The translations under genes and the position numbers were made by a program. Of a DNA stretch of 64,000 bases, positions 49,601 to 62,656 are shown one piece after another. Origin of the DNA: Octopus bimaculoides (Eukaryota); NCBI RefSeq assembly GCF_001194135.2, contig NC_068981.1, positions 184,226,507-184,290,506 of the forward strand, written 5' to 3'. The notes under the pieces are model-generated. The model saw only the letters and a program-made list of their open reading frames with translations. It had not been told where the DNA came from and did not search any database. The stretch's first letter is position 1. The number at the start of each line of letters is the position of its first letter.

Positions 49601-50772
49601 TAGATATAACTTACTTTTGGTCATGCTGTACAAATATAGTCACACACTTGAGCACAGAAAAATAGGAATATCAAAGTTTCATTTATAATGTATATCTCTG
49701 ATTCTTAGGGTTAAAATTATGGAAAAGTGTGTATTAAACTTGAATGAATACAGCATATTTTATATTCTTTTCATTGAAAATAAACAAAATCGTTCATGTG
49801 ACATTAACCTCTGTGGTCCATATGTCCTTGAATTTTACAACTGAATCTATATTCTTAGCTCCAAGCCTACTTTCTATGAATATATTTATATATATATAAC
49901 AATAATGACAGGCTTTCCTCTTCAAAGCTAGAAAATTCTTTGGTCTCAGCAATTATTAACCAAAACAAACCTCAGGTGAGGCTCAATAAAATATTGCTCT
50001 TGTGCCTGTGACACAACTACTACTACACAAAGACATGCTATATTGAATAATAAATAATAATAATAATAATAATAATAATAATCCCATGCAAGATTGATGT
50101 CTTGCAAAAAGCAGCTTTATCAGACACAGCACACATCTTAAGGAAAGTATTACCTGTCTGAGGTCCTTGTTGTAACTCGACAGACTAAAGACTCCGGTGC
50201 ATTTTTACCTACACTGTATTACGAAGGAATGATAATATAAAAAGGCCACCAGACAGATTGGTATGGAGTCAATTTCAAATACACAACAACTTCAGGCTGT
50301 AGATGTGCTGTCTCTTTCTTTACTCTTCCTCTTGTGCTGCTCTACTGCAGTGGCTAATGTTCCTCTGGGACTGGCTGATCCCATGCCACTATCATTCAGG
50401 CCCATCCACCCTCACTTATCTCTCTTCCTTTCTTCACCTATATTTTGTCACTCTCCCTAGTCCCACATAAACAACTATTCCCGGGCCTTTCTTCTCAGAA
50501 TGTCATTCAACTAGAATTTCCTCCAGACCCACACTTTTCCTACATATGTTAACTTGCAGTTGTTGAAGAACATCAACTGTGCCAATCTCCCTGGTTCCAA
50601 AGACGTGCAAAGGTCATGAGAAAAGCCTTTCCACCAGATTAAACCATAAACAAAAAGAAAACATCAGTTCCTAGGATAGTTCTATTAGAGCCTAAATTAT
50701 GTGAGGATCAGTGGTAAGGGTATGGCTGAAAACAACACAATGATATTACTGGATAAGACAAAACATACTTAC

Positions 50773-50835
50773 ATAGCAAGCATCTTTTGACCATAAGAGA
50801 TTTGTTTGTGGGAGAGCTGAATCTTCTGGTAGAGA
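50773..50835 (-). CDS. GPCPD1: GPCPD1 exon 5, low-conservation linker (SLPEDSALPQTNLLWSKDACY)
   Basis: cttttatgcaaattttag acceptor, gtaagt donor; 63 nt, phase 0/0; length fits the human linker; sequence similarity is weak and the exon is skippable in frame. Confidence 0.6.
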
Positions 50836-53800
50836 CTAAAATTTGCATAAAAGAAGTGGGGAACACACAATAAATAACATTATATTTGGAAAGTAAAGGA
50901 AAGAAAAACTTGGTAAAATATTAATAATAATCCTAACTCACAATATGTTGGAGGCCAGAACTTTAGGATTCCGAGAAACAGGAAATTAATCAACTGTCCT
51001 TCAGAAAGGGCATCCTGTCATCCTTACCTCATCTGAACTAGAGATAACTTCATGTTTAAACAGAGATCATATTCCACATGGTCACATTTTCCACTAATGT
51101 GTCCAAAAATTCAGGCTTAAGGTTCTCTGGAAATGGCTGACATCTTTTATTTCCAATGTCTTTCTTCTGTTCATGTAGTGCCGGCATTTTACATGCCATG
51201 TTAACTGATATTTGGCAACTTGGCAGCTTTACGTTAAATAAGAATGAAAAATAAAAATACAATTGAGTATGGAAGTATAGACTTTAGCTTATAAGCTCAG
51301 TAGCGTCCACAGTATATAATGAATGCAAAATAGACAAATCATGTTTCAAGTTTTACAGATTGTTTTCATAATTCACAGCAATTTGTTTTTCTTTTTCTTT
51401 TAGATGACTGGTCACTATGGAAGATGCCTCAATTAATTATTAATCCTCTCTTTTTTTAGAATAAAACTAATTTAGAAACAATCTTTCTATGTTTTTGTTT
51501 AATGGCATATATATACATCACAATCCAAATTTACCTTTTAATTGCATTTAATATGGTATACATGGAAAAGAGGAAAAATGTTATTTAAAAAGAAATGATC
51601 TGTAGGTTAGCCTAACAAGAAACATATAGCCTAAACAGAATAAAATTACACCAAAACCTAAAACAGAATGACCTTTATGATATATTTTGGTGAAAATTTA
51701 GTCAAAGTTTTCCTTCATTTGCAAGCATTTCCTTCATTTTCAATTATGCAGTGTTTACTGTACATGGGAGGTGTATGACCTGATGAAAAATAACAGACGT
51801 CAAGAGACAGAGTTCAGACACTGAAGATGCAAAGAAAAACTCACATTTCCTCATTCCCCATCAACTCTCCCTATGATAAATGCCTCCCTATTCTTCTATA
51901 CCATCCTTGGCCTGAACAGCCACCTTGGGCGCTGGTGCCCTTTGCACCCATCAGGATGCGAAGAGGCTCAATCACTGGCTACAGATCTACTACTTGGCTA
52001 TGAGTTAATACCAACTGTGCATAGCATTATGTCTCACTGCCATAGTTAAAAAGATCCAAAATTCAAGTGTGGCCTACATTAGACTAATATTCACAAACCC
52101 GGATGATTTATCTTGATTACACACACATTCTAGGCTCCTTCCAAAAAATATCACCCCCAGCTGATGGACAAACTTGCCCTCATCAAAGCCTTACAACTAC
52201 TGTGCTGTGACTTTCCAATGTTGCTTCAACAATAGACCTCACTCTTCTGAATTAACAAGCAATGTACCTCTCTACTTCTCATTCCCTCTTCTGTGTTTCA
52301 TCTATTTCTCACACACACACATACTCCAAATATTTTGTTTAATCCCTTTGCCAAAAGTTACATTCCACCCAAAGACCTTCCAAACCATGACTTCCCTACA
52401 GATATCAACAAGCATGTAGTAAGAAGCTTGCTTCCCAACCACACGGTTCTAGGTTCAGTCCCACTGTGTGGCACCTTCGGCAAGTGTCTTCTATTATAGC
52501 CTCAAACTGACCGAAGGCTTGTGAGTGGATTTGTTAGACGGAAACTGAAAGAAGCCTGTCATATGCTTGTGTGTGTGTGCGTACATGTGTGTGTGTTCTA
52601 CCACCACTTGATAACCAGTGTAGGTGTGTTTATATCCCCATAACTTAGCAGTTCAGCAAAAGAAACTGACAGAAGTACCAGACTTTAAAAAAAAGTCCTG
52701 GGGGTCAATTCATTCAACTAAAAAAATTCTTCAAGATGGTGCTCCAGCATGGCCACAGTCTAATGACTGAAACAAATAGAAGATAACGGATACAGAAATT
52801 TAAGCTGTGCACCAACTTCACTGGTCTGAAAGTGCAGCTGATGAAAGTTGGGATGGATATTCTAACCTCTGTAGAACTTCTTTCTACTTTCTGGTTTTCT
52901 GCTTATATTACAATGAATTTATTAGTCTATGTGTTGGGTAGTGTTTTCTAAGCACATTATAGGTACAGGTATGGCTGTGTGGTTAAGAAGTTTGCTTTAC
53001 AATCACATGGTCTTAGGTTCAAGCCTCCTGTACAGCACCTTCACACTTCGGACAAGGGTCTTCTACTATTGACCAAGGCCAACCAATAATTTGACAGAAA
53101 AATTGGTAGATGGAAAGTGCATGGAGGGCCATAAGGTGTATGTGTATGTATGCAAAGACATGTTACTTCAATATTTGTGAAACTGTCATTTCAAATCTTT
53201 CACATAAGATTGTTTGAGTCAAAAAAAGAAAAAAAACATGGATGGCGTTGTCATGTTTACATTTCTGGCAAACATTATGTGCTGTAGCTCTGTGCTCTGA
53301 AAGTACTGGAATAAAAATAGAAAAAATCCTTTCTCATGAAACAGATAAGGGTTGGCAAAAAGAAGAGCATCCAGCTGCAAAATACTGCCTGGAATGAGTT
53401 CCTGTCTAACTGATGCAGGCATAGAAAAACAGATATGAAACAAATGAATGAATAATCTGTAACATTTGGCAACTTCACACCAAAATCTGTACTGAACAAG
53501 ATACTAGTAGATCCAGTTACTTAATTTACTAGTGTAACATTGGTTTCAAGTTTTGGCACAAGGCCTGCAATTTCTAGGGAGTAGGTAAGTCTATTACATC
53601 AACCTCAGTGCTCAACTGGTGCTTATTTTAATGACCCTGAAATGATGAAAAGCAGAGTTGATCCCAGCAGTGTTTGAACCCAGAACATAAAGATGCTGCT
53701 AAGCATTTTGTCTGAAGTACTAACAATTCTACCAGCTTACCACCATAATTTACTAGTGTAGTAATATTGACTATCATCTCATTCTCTTCTGAAATAAATT

Positions 53801-55489
53801 AATAACATATTAAATAAAGAAAAGAATTTGAACAAAAATAATCATAAATGATTAATTACACTAAAAATAAGTGAAACCAATTTTTGTATTGGCTTTACTG
53901 GAGACATTGGAGCTGAAACAATTGTTAGTTTTAACATACAGCAACTTCTTTTTAACAGAATCATGAGAGATGCTTGTGAGGTATGAATCCAACATCTAAA
54001 ATTGATAGGGATTTTAAAAGAATCTATAAAATATGGTGAAAATTTGATTTCTGAGAAAGTGCAATGAAATGGCTTTGAAGACAGGTCAACAGAACACAGA
54101 AACAGTCTCTTAGATGGGTCAATGAGACAACCTATAAATTATAACCTATAAAATAATAAAATTTAATAATTCATTAATATAAACTGTACTGCAAACTAGT
54201 ATGGTTTACCATCCATTTTGAAAGAAAATTCAGAAAAATAATTATTCACATTGAAATGTAATTAGTTTGTTTCTGGGGAGTGGGGAAGTCAATTACATCA
54301 ACCTCAGTGATCAACTGGTGCTTATTTTATGGACCCTAAAATGATGAAAAGCAGAGTTGACCCCAGCAGTGATTGAACCCAGAACATAAAGATGGAAGCA
54401 TTTCAAATGCTTGAGGACAATGTTTAAATTTGAAAAATTAGTAGAAAATTTAGTTAAGATATTCAATTAACAAATAAAATGTCATTTGATGCACTGTAAA
54501 TTATTATTGCACTTCCTATACAAAATTCTACTGGGACCCACTATTGAATGTTGCTCCCATATCTAGTGGGGCTGCTGCTACACATACTCACACACAAACA
54601 TCTTAGACTGTATCTATAGAAAGTCTCTATGGACCAAAGACATGCCATTTCCTATCTCTGCCTTTTACACTTTTTACTACAACTACAGAAGACTATGCTC
54701 CTCAGAGCTGATTGGCTGATCTCACGCTGCTGCTGCTGCTACTTCCTTTGTCATTACTGCTACCATCCCCACCTCATAATTATTTTGTTTCTTCTCATTC
54801 CCTATCCTTATGTTCAATCTTGCCAGCTCTGTGTTAGCCACAATACCCAGTCCTTTCTCACTAAAATGTCATTCCTCTATAATTCCTTCCTTGCAATTGG
54901 TGACTCACAATCAGTTTAAGATGAAACACTAACTACATTGATCTCATTGGTATTGGAAGACCTTTGAAAGCACAGCAAAAAATCAAGAAGTCTGGTTGAT
55001 GGGCAAGTTTCCCTAAGTCAACATCTTACAACCAACCACTGTGCTATGTCTTCCAAATATCTCTTTTGCTGCTACTACAAAAGTTTCTACTCTGACAAAG
55101 CTATATACCACCTGTTTTTGCAGTCTCTACTGTGTCTCTCTCCCTTCCATACACACCAAACATTTGACTCAAGCCTTTCTCCAAAAGCTACAACCCTCAA
55201 GAAGTTCTTCCCTCCAGATATCAACACAGAGAAGTTTCAGCTAAACACCAACTACATCAAACATAACAATCTAAAAACACTGGCTTCTTAATATTAGAAT
55301 AGATAGAACTTCTGCCTTCTGGCTCTTCTGCATAGGTTACACTGTATTTAATAAGCTGTGTAGTGTTTTCTAGAAACATCCCTGGGACATTTTAGCTCAG
55401 TTTTATCAGAAGGAAGTCCTGTCCACCAGACCAAATGAAACTAATTAAAAAGGCCAAAACAAGCAAGATGGTGAATTAAACAAGCTTCA

Positions 55490-56050
55490 TTGAAGATATC
55501 TCAGGGCGTTTTTCAATTCCTGAAGATTTAGGTCACATTTGTAATCCTAGGGATACTCAAACCACCTTTGTATTTTCAGATTTACCAAGGACATCTTTGT
55601 ATTCCCGGAGATATTCAAGACATCTTTCTACATATGAAGACTCTCAGATCATTTTTGCATTTTGTATACATTTTACAAAAGTCCAGGAAACATGAAGATA
55701 TATATCCTGTCTTTGAGATATTTAGAGAAATTTTATCTATAATAACTGGCTCAGTTTCACAGGAAGGACACTCCTTTTCCCAGACCAATCCAAGCCAATT
55801 AAACGAAAAAAAGAAACTAATAAGGGGATGGATTAAAAATGTAGAAACTAACAATCTTCATTATTCTATTCCTGGAGATATCACGGAACAACTTTCTATT
55901 CCTGAAGATACTCAAGCTATCTTTCTCCTGGAGACAGATTATCTTCATATTTTTGTATCTAGCACTAGAGAAACATGGAAATATTTGCCATGTCCTTGAG
56001 ATATTTTGAGAAGTTTTATCTACACTAACTAGTTCTGGTAAGAACTCAAG
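55490..56050. repeat. degenerate tandem/duplicated block with a ttcctg(a/g)agata motif
   Basis: ~27-30-bp motif repeats; 55590-55770 resembles 55870-56050. Confidence 0.5.
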
Positions 56051-56626
56051 AGTTAACATTACATGTACAAGTGTTTCTATAAATGGATTATTTAAAAAAA
56101 AACTGAGACACTGAGAAGTGGGAAGTTTTGAACTGTCAACTATCATGTGACATCATCATCATTATCGTTTAACGTCTGCTTTCCATGCTAGCATGGGTTG
56201 GACGATTTGACTGAGGACTGGTAAAACCAGATGGCTACACCAGGCTCCAATCTGATTTGGCAGAGTTTCTACAGCTGAGCAATTCACTGGAAATATTTAG
56301 GAAGTGAATACAGTGTCATTGAAAGCTGGTTTGTATAATGACAAATGAGGGGGTTTTGATGATTAATCAGAGGAGGAAAGGCAGTGTCTATAATCTTTAG
56401 TTGCACCTCCAAGACTGATGAAGAGGGGATGGGGGAAGAAACCACAGCTACTGGGCTATCTCCATGTGGGAGACCTGGTCATGTGTGAGGTGAACTCAGC
56501 TCAAGGTATCAAAGGGCCAGGTGATGGTGTTGAGTCAGGTGACAGGTAAAAATCTATCATTTAAGGATTTGACTTCAAACACAAAAGGTCATACAGATAG
56601 CTCTATATTAATGAATTCATCATCAT

Positions 56627-57037
56627 AGGCTCAGGAGTGGCTGCGTGGTAAGTAGCTTGCTTACCAACCACATGGTTCCGGGTTCAGTCCCACTGTGTGG
56701 CACTTTGGGCAAGTATCTTCTACTATAGCCTTGGGCCGACCAAAGCTTTGTGAGTGGATTTGGTTGATGGAAACTGAAAGAAGCTCGTCGTGTATATGTG
56801 TGTGCGTGTGTATATGTTTGCGTGCCTTTATTTGTCCCCCAACATCGCTTGACAACAGATGTTGGTGTGTTTACATCCCTGTAACTTAGCAGTTCGTCAA
56901 AAAAAAAAAAAACGATAGAATAAGTACTAGGCTTACAAAGAATAAGTCCTGGGGGTGTCGATTTGTTCGACTAAAGGTGGTGCTCCAGCATGGTCGCAGT
57001 CAAATGACTGACACAAATAAAAGAGTAAAAGAAAAAG
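56627..57037 (+). mobile_element. full-length abundant SINE (head ggagtggctgtgtggtaag, internal (TA/TG)n, tail gtaaaagag)
   Basis: same family at ~27010-27470 (-), 27840-28180 (+), 37762-38062 (+), 52420-52790 (+), 60375-60640 (-), 61445-61852 (+), 63243-63437 (-), plus fragments. Confidence 0.75.
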
Positions 57038-57634
57038 AATCATTTAACATCAGTTGTCCATGCTAGCATGGGTTGGACAGTTTAACCAGGGCTGACAAGC
57101 TGGAAAGCTGCACCAGACTCCAGTCTGTTTTGACATAGTTTCTACAGCTGGATGCCCTTCCTAATGCCAACCACTCCGAGAGTGTAATGAATTCATGTAT
57201 CATAATAAAGAATGTGGAACATTAATGAAGGGGATGCTTTATTAATTCTTTAGTAATCATTTTTTAAATAACATGTAAAGACAAGTTTTCTAGATGAGGG
57301 TTTATGGTCAGTTGACCTGGACATAGTATTACTGGTACTTTATTTTATCAACTTTGGATGAATGAAATGGAATAGCTATTCTGGAGGATTTGAAATAAAA
57401 ATTTAAACGGATGAAACTGTATGCCAACTTAATAATAAATATTTGAATGGAAATTAAAATAACAAGTAACAAATTGTGTTATTTGAGAATCATGAATAAC
57501 AAATTGTATGGTTAAACAGCAACAATAAAAAAAATGAATGGAGGAAACTATATGGATATAGTCAAATAAAAGTAAAAATGAAAAATAAGAATATGAGCAT
57601 GCTAAATACTTAGAATATGTTTTTATGAAATTAC

Positions 57635-57768
57635 CATTTCAAGAGGAACACATTTAACTGAAGTTAGCTTCAAGTCATTTTGGTGCAGCTGAATGGATTG
57701 TGGCAATATAGTTAATTTCAAATCAGTTTGAACAGTCAACCAGCCACTATTGGAACAGCTGGTGCCAT
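57635..57768 (-). CDS. GPCPD1: GPCPD1 exon 4 (GTSCSNSGWLTVQTDLKLTILPQSIQLHQNDLKLTSVKCVPLEM)
   Basis: long polypyrimidine acceptor, gtaatt donor; only one frame is open; phase 1/0; matches SGWLTCQTEIRL. Confidence 0.9.
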
Positions 57769-58279
57769 CTGAGGGGAAAGAAAAAGAAGACAAAAAAAAA
57801 AACAAAGTTAGAAGAATTTCAAGATATAAAGATAAAGAAATGTCTGTCTTGAATCTACAAACTCATAAAGCTGGAGCTTATCTGGGTTTTTAAGGGTAAT
57901 TAGACAGCCAAGAAGCATGACACTCCATGTAACATAGCTACTGCCACTGAGGGTACTGGTTTTCAGCTGAATGAACTGGTGCAATAAACAATGAAGAGCC
58001 TTGCTGAAGGACATAACATACTACTTGGTTTGAGAAGTTAAGGCATGTGTGGAGAGTTAATAGTAGTGTGTTAGTTACTAGCAGGGACCACATTTAAGTC
58101 TTAAAGAATGAAACTATCAACTCATATAATTCCTTCAAGATAATAATAGCTGCAATATGACTTGTCAAACATTCCAATTAATGCAACAAGTAGAGGAAAT
58201 GCTAAAGAGAAGTTGAAACTTGTATGAAAGCATTAGAAATTTGAAAAGAGTTCTTATCCCACCTCTAAATAAAATGAGA

Positions 58280-58970
58280 ATATTCTACCTTATAAACTGA
58301 GTACCTCCCGTTCCTCAAACTGGGAGCAAACTACCTCCAAACAGTGTCCATCTTAACTGTAAACTGAGTGCATCCCATCCACCTAAAACAGAGCCCATCT
58401 TCCCTCCAGTCAAACTGAGTACATCCCACCCTCCAAACTGAGCCCATTCTACCTCTAAACTGAGTTAATCTCCTGTCAAACTAACTGACCTCATTCCATG
58501 CTACAAAGAGGCCATTATACCACACCACAAATGAGCCTAGGGCCTATAAGAAAGGGTTCAGTTGGTACATCGGCTGTTCTGGGCCCAGAGATCCAAAGAG
58601 GGCAAATGAATATCTTATTGGCTTTTCTTGCAGAAAAAGAAAAAAAGAAACTCATTTCCATTCCCTAAATTTTGAGAGGCTTCATCTACCCCCATCTTTA
58701 ATGGGTCTAAAAAACAGTCATGTCTTGCATCACAAAATTTCTGTTACAGGTCCCAACTGAGCCCATTCTACAGCACACAATCTATGCTCATTCACCCTAT
58801 AAACTGAGCCCATACGACCACTAGTGTCTATTCCATTCCAATCAAACTGAGTCCACAAAGTCAATCCACAAATGACAGAGTCCATCCTGTCGCCCAAACT
58901 GAAATAACAATCCCACTCAGCAAACAGAGATCCCCCCATCTATCCCAAATAAACTGAGTTTGTCTCATCC
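58280..58970. repeat. degenerate ~20-25-bp minisatellite (aaactgagYccatccY) in two blocks
   Basis: aaactgag motif recurs many times at 58280-58500 and 58750-58970. Confidence 0.6.
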
Positions 58971-59076
58971 AGTTTTCATTCTTCATTGAATTCAGTCTCC
59001 TTTATCTTTCTGGTGTCTTTGGGGAAATAATAATCATCAAAACATCTTAATATTACTGCTGCTATACACCTCACAT

Positions 59077-59245
59077 GCAGGGCCGGCTCAAAGTACCAGC
59101 AACTTGGGCAGTTGCCCAGGGGACCATGTGCTTTTTAATCTACATTTTCAGTTTTTCTTCTTGCTAAAGCTTTAAAAAATTATACTTGTAAGGGCGCTGA
59201 AGTTCAGCTTGCCCAGGGCACCAGCAACCCTAGAGCTGGCCCTGC
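59077..59245. mobile_element. short hAT-like MITE
   Basis: TIRs GCAGGGCCGGCTC / GAGCTGGCCCTGC; degenerate 8-bp flanks cctcacat / cgacacat (6 of 8). Confidence 0.55.
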
Positions 59246-59398
59246 CGACACATTGCACTTATGTAAGACAGCAAGAATCATCATTTGGTAATGGGCATCG
59301 AGATAAACTGATTAGCAATAATTGACAAGAAACATAGCTTTGTGCCAGCATTTGAAACCAATAATTGACAACAGTAAAAATAGCAAAATGCAACTTAC

Positions 59399-59446
59399 CA
59401 ATGATACCAAATTGGTCACAGAATCTGACATGCTGGGAAGAACCAT
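59399..59446 (-). CDS. GPCPD1: GPCPD1 exon 3 (GSSQHVRFCDQFGII)
   Basis: cacttttcag acceptor, gtaagt donor; phase 1/1; matches IIIDDGQFGIH. Confidence 0.85.
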
Positions 59447-60158
59447 CTGAAAAGTGAATTTATTTTATGATTATAAACAAAATATATAAAAAATAGAAGG
59501 CATATAAAAAGATACTGACACACACACACCTTCTTGGCTTAGCTTCTGAATGAAGATTTACAAAGAGGGGTGTTCACATCTGCTGCAGGCTTGCTGGTGC
59601 CTGAGTCCGATCCAGGACAAACAGGTACAAATGCACAGGCTGCATGGGAAAGAAGGCCGATCAAAGTTGGTTGCAATGTCCTTGTTTTTCCTCCTTTTTC
59701 TCTTTTCTGCAAGGATGGTCCTGAAGCTGCTTTCAAAAGAAGCCATTGCCTGGATAACACTGAGACACCAGGCTTCAGGGTCAGTAACATGAACAGATCA
59801 TTGGTGGTGATCGGCGTGGCAGGTTACAAGGGCTTAGCACCATTTGAGTGTGGTCAATGCCAGTGCCGCCAGACTGACTCCTGTGCCAGTGGCACGTGAA
59901 AAGCACCATTCGAGCATGGTCGATGCCAGTACTGCCTGATTGGCTTCCATACTGGTGGCATGTAAAAAGCACCATTCAAGCATGGTTGATGTTAGGGAGA
60001 GCATTCAGCTGTAGAAACCAAACTAAAACAGATTATGGGATCTGGTGTGACTTCTGGCCCTCCCAGCTACAGTCAAACTGTGTAACCCATACCAGCATGG
60101 AAAACGGATGTTAAATGGTGATGAGGATGATGACAATGATTAAAAGTGTAATACCAAC

Positions 60159-60322
60159 CTGAATGATGCCATGTTCTTTGAGTGAGGTTTGCTTCCCACC
60201 TCGTTACAATGAAGCTGTCAACATTTTGGTTACATGGTGTACTGACAATGTTACAGACGTAGTAGGAATAACTGAAGGTTGTTTTGCCAGTTATTATTAA
60301 TTCAGTACTCCAAACATTATAT
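60159..60322 (-). CDS. GPCPD1: GPCPD1 exon 2 (YNVWSTELIITGKTTFSYSYYVCNIVSTPCNQNVDSFIVTRWEANLTQRTWHHS)
   Basis: tttttcag acceptor, gttggt donor; phase 2/1; CBM20 W...Y.Y and IV.RWE motifs (human LWKATIVL..VQYRYF..VIVHKWETHLQPR). Confidence 0.9.
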
Positions 60323-60443
60323 CTGAAAAACACAAAAAGTATTACAAAGTCTGCTAAGTCTCAAAGAAGTAAACAACACAACACCGGTTGCCAAACGGTG
60401 GTCAAACACAAAGACACACACACACAGATATATATATATACAT

Positions 60444-60474
<31 letters not shown>

Positions 60475-62495
60475 GACTTCTAGGAGTTTCCATCAACCAA
60501 ATCCACTCACAAGGCTTTGGTCAGCCCGAGGCTATAGTAGAAGACACTTGCCCAAGGTACCACGCAGTGGAACTGAACCCAGACCCATGTGGTTGAGAAG
60601 CAAACTTCTTAACCACACAGCTGTACTGGTACCTGTAATATATGTAGTTAAGGTGGCGAGCTGGCAGAAACATTAGTATGCTAGACGAAATGCTTAGCGG
60701 TATTTCGTCTGCCGCTATGTTCTGAGTTCAAATTCCACCGAGGTCAACTTTACCTTTCATCCTTTTGGGGTTGATAAATTAAGTACTAGTTGTGTACTGG
60801 GTTCGATCTAATCAACAGGCTCCCTCCCAAAAAATGTTGGGCCTTGTGCCTAGAGTAGAAAATATGTGTAGTAAAATATTTGATAAAAGGAAACTTTGCT
60901 CTTTTTCTTAATGATTTTGTTGAAATTCCTAACATATTTCTTTATTAATTAATTTATTTGATGTTAATGAAAGCTTTTACCCCATCTTCATTTCAGTAAT
61001 ATCTGAAGGCCACATTGTTCCTAATTCAAGCTGTCTAACAACAGAAATGGCAAATAGTCCCTTATCTTTTTCCGTGTGTCAGATACTGGATTTTGGCCAT
61101 GCTGGAGCACTACCTTAAAGGCTTTAGTTGAACCATAATTTGGTCCTTCTACTATCAGTCACTTTTGCCAAACCATGATGTCATGGGGACTGGTTACCAA
61201 GTAATAGTGAGGGGACAAATACAAAGACAAACATAGTCACACACACATACATGGAGGGCTTCCACACAGTTTCCATCTACTAAATTCATTCACAAAGCAT
61301 TGCCCAGTCCAGTGCTATAGTAGAAGACACTTGCCCAAAGTACCACAACCCAAAACCAAGTGGTTGCAAAACAAACTTCTTCACCACACAGCCATGTGTT
61401 ATAATGTTTTGGAACTTAGCTGCTTGTATCATAACATAATCAAGGTAAGAAGCTTGCTTCCCAACCACATGGTTCTGGGTTCAGTTCTACTGCATGGCAC
61501 TTAGGGCAAGTGTCTTCTACTATAGCCTTGGGCCGGCCAAAGCCTTATGAGTGTATTTGGTAGATGGAAACTGAAAGAAGCCCATTGTATGTGTGTGTGT
61601 GTGCATGTATGTATCTGTGTGTGTGTGTGTGTGTCTTTGTATTTGTGTTTGTCCCCCGTCACCACTTCAGGACCGGTGTTGGTGTTGTTGTGTCCCTGTA
61701 ACTTAGCAGTTTGGCAAAAGAGACCAATAGAATAAGCACCAGGCTTAAAGAATAAGTACTGGGGTCGATTCATTCAACTAAAAAGAAAATTCAAGGTGGT
61801 GCCCCAGCATGGCCACAGTCTAATCACTGAAACAAGTAAAAGATAAAAGATAATACAGGTAACAGTAGACATAATAATAGGATTGTAACATAATTAATGC
61901 AGTCAATAGAATAGATTAACTGTGTGATTGAACAGTTGTAGGGTTTGATAGCAGGGTAAGCTGTGACAGCCATTTTTATTTCTGAAGGTGACAACAGAAT
62001 TCTGGAACTAGTGAGTCAAAAGATTTATAATTCGAGACTTGTACATCATTTATGAAGGTAAAATATGAAATATCAGTGAACAAAATCACAGTAAATAAAA
62101 CTGGTCGTCCTTTCAGTCATTGATTGGTTGATGGTATTGTAGAGACAGTAACTTAACCCCCTCCGCTGTTCCTGGATTGTTTTCAGAAACAAGTGCCTAA
62201 CCCCAAGTACACTTTCCCCTCTTCCATTCATGGATATGCCATGAAGGAAAGACAAGTCAATACACTCACAGCTTCAATGGAGTTGCAGGGGATGCCAGAT
62301 ATTGGTTAAATATAATCCCCACCCAAGCCAACATGGAAGGTGGATGTTAAACGATGATGATTTACCTTAGGGCCCCTACCACTGGATTTTCTGCAGCATT
62401 TCCTAAATTATCCCATTAGGCAGTAGGGGCAAACAAAAATTCATAAAGTGAAATTAAACAACAAGGAATGTTTGATAACCAATTTCAAAACTTAC

Positions 62496-62656
62496 CCCTC
62501 ATGGTTTGGTGATGGTGCCTTTGGATGAAGAATGATGCCTTTTTTATGATCCCAGTTGCCTAGTTCTTCAATACTTCCTGTTAAGCATACATGTTCGTCA
62601 GGCTGAGTTGTTAAACTCACCTCAAAGGTGAAATGGCGAGTTGTTTTGCAGCTCAT
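62496..62656 (-). CDS. GPCPD1: GPCPD1/GDE5 coding exon 1, start of CBM20 (MSCKTTRHFTFEVSLTTQPDEHVCLTGSIEELGNWDHKKGIILHPKAPSPNHE)
   Basis: ATG at 62656 with an in-frame TGA just upstream; exon acceptor at 62683-62682, so a non-coding exon lies further 5'; gtaagt donor; G...LGNW CBM20 motif as in recalled human GEVFAICGSCDALGNWNP. Confidence 0.9.

Noticed and set aside
50154-50213. 60-nt AG/GT-bounded segment in GPCPD1 intron 5
   Set aside because: Open only in phase 2, whereas the intron is phase 0 (immediate TAA); no homology. At most a poison exon, with no evidence for use.
51025-51226. Minus ORF 51056-51262 with a nearby gtaagg donor as a GPCPD1 linker exon
   Set aside because: The ORF stops before the donor, and exons 5 and 6 already account for the homologous region.
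51780-51850. CTGATGA and CTGAAGA heptamers close together
   Set aside because: No paired stem II plus GAAA/NUH arrangement could be drawn.
52100-55290. Old LINE RT C-terminal remnants (~52100-52400, ~54840-55290, ~50470-50640)
   Set aside because: Only faint motif resemblance (SSEL..P, FP.DIN); too decayed to call boundaries or clade without an HMM search.
62590-62602. CTGACGA in GPCPD1 exon 1 (minus strand) as a hammerhead core
   Set aside because: No stem II/GAAA partner; it is coding sequence (P-D-E).
87-62656. U12-type or GC-AG introns in either gene
   Set aside because: All 28 inferred introns have GT donors with U2-type context and AG acceptors.
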